From: an uncultured Actinomycetota bacterium
Lineage (GTDB): Bacteria; Auribacterota; Ancaeobacteria; Ancaeobacterales; CAZGMX01
Assembly (NCBI GenBank): GCA_964526865.1
Contig: CAZGMX010000007.1
Coordinates: 1 to 34,857 of the forward strand
Direction of reading: 5' to 3'
DNA: 34,857 bases
In this document: piece by piece, positions 34,848 through 34,857 of the stretch
How the letters are laid out: each line of letters begins with the position of its first letter
Position numbering within the stretch: the first letter of the stretch is position 1
Notes under the pieces: generated by a model
Database searches by the model: none
Told to the model about the DNA's origin: nothing
The model's input: the letters and a program-made list of their open reading frames with translations, nothing else
Translations under genes and position numbers: made by a program

Positions 34848-34857
34848 CGTCTGCTTG

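Noticed and set aside
8679-34847. RTX/T1SS adhesin, two-partner-secretion exoprotein (FhaB-like) or Big/cadherin-type adhesin.
   Set aside because: No GGxGxD nonapeptide runs, no N-terminal TPS domain and no obvious tandem Ig-like ~100-aa periodicity on reading the translation. This cannot be excluded without profile searches.
34803-34847. Assigning ATG 34847 (or the next in-frame ATG at 34805, Met15) as the definite start of ORF1.
   Set aside because: The frame remains open to the window edge, and neither ATG has a visible Shine-Dalgarno in the available sequence. The start is reported as provisional.

Overview
The whole 34,857-bp window (GC roughly mid-50s %, judged by eye) is coding sequence on the minus strand. 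It holds two tandem giant ORFs and nothing else. I found no RNA genes, CRISPR array, transposase, or credible plus-strand gene. ORF1 (8679..34847) encodes 8,722 aa. Its frame is still open at the right window edge, so the true start may lie upstream. ORF2 is not in the supplied ORF track. I found it by manual translation: it starts at the ATG at 8648 and runs off the left edge with no stop (>=2,882 codons). The two ORFs are in the same reading frame. They are separated by a single TAG and 10 sense codons, so one frame is open for 11,615 codons with one stop. Recognisable content in ORF1: an N-terminal C39-like papain-fold cysteine peptidase (Gln22/Cys29/His236/Asp256) split by a low-complexity insertion of about 130-145 aa; three ConA/LamG-like jelly-roll domains, with a fourth in ORF2, all ending in an L-x-(D/E)-N-V-x-(I/M/Y)-(G/K) strand; and one CBM6/35-like beta-sandwich. 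The rest is built from unassigned repeated modules, including a motif present in six copies and a paralogous block pair of about 1.6 kb. DNA-level oddities are a perfect 165-bp identity between two otherwise diverged module copies, and G9 and A9 coding homopolymers early in ORF1. No Sec signal, TM segment, RTX repeat, LPXTG, PEP-CTERM or other sorting signal is visible. Function (surface adhesin or carbohydrate-binding fibre) and taxon are inference only.
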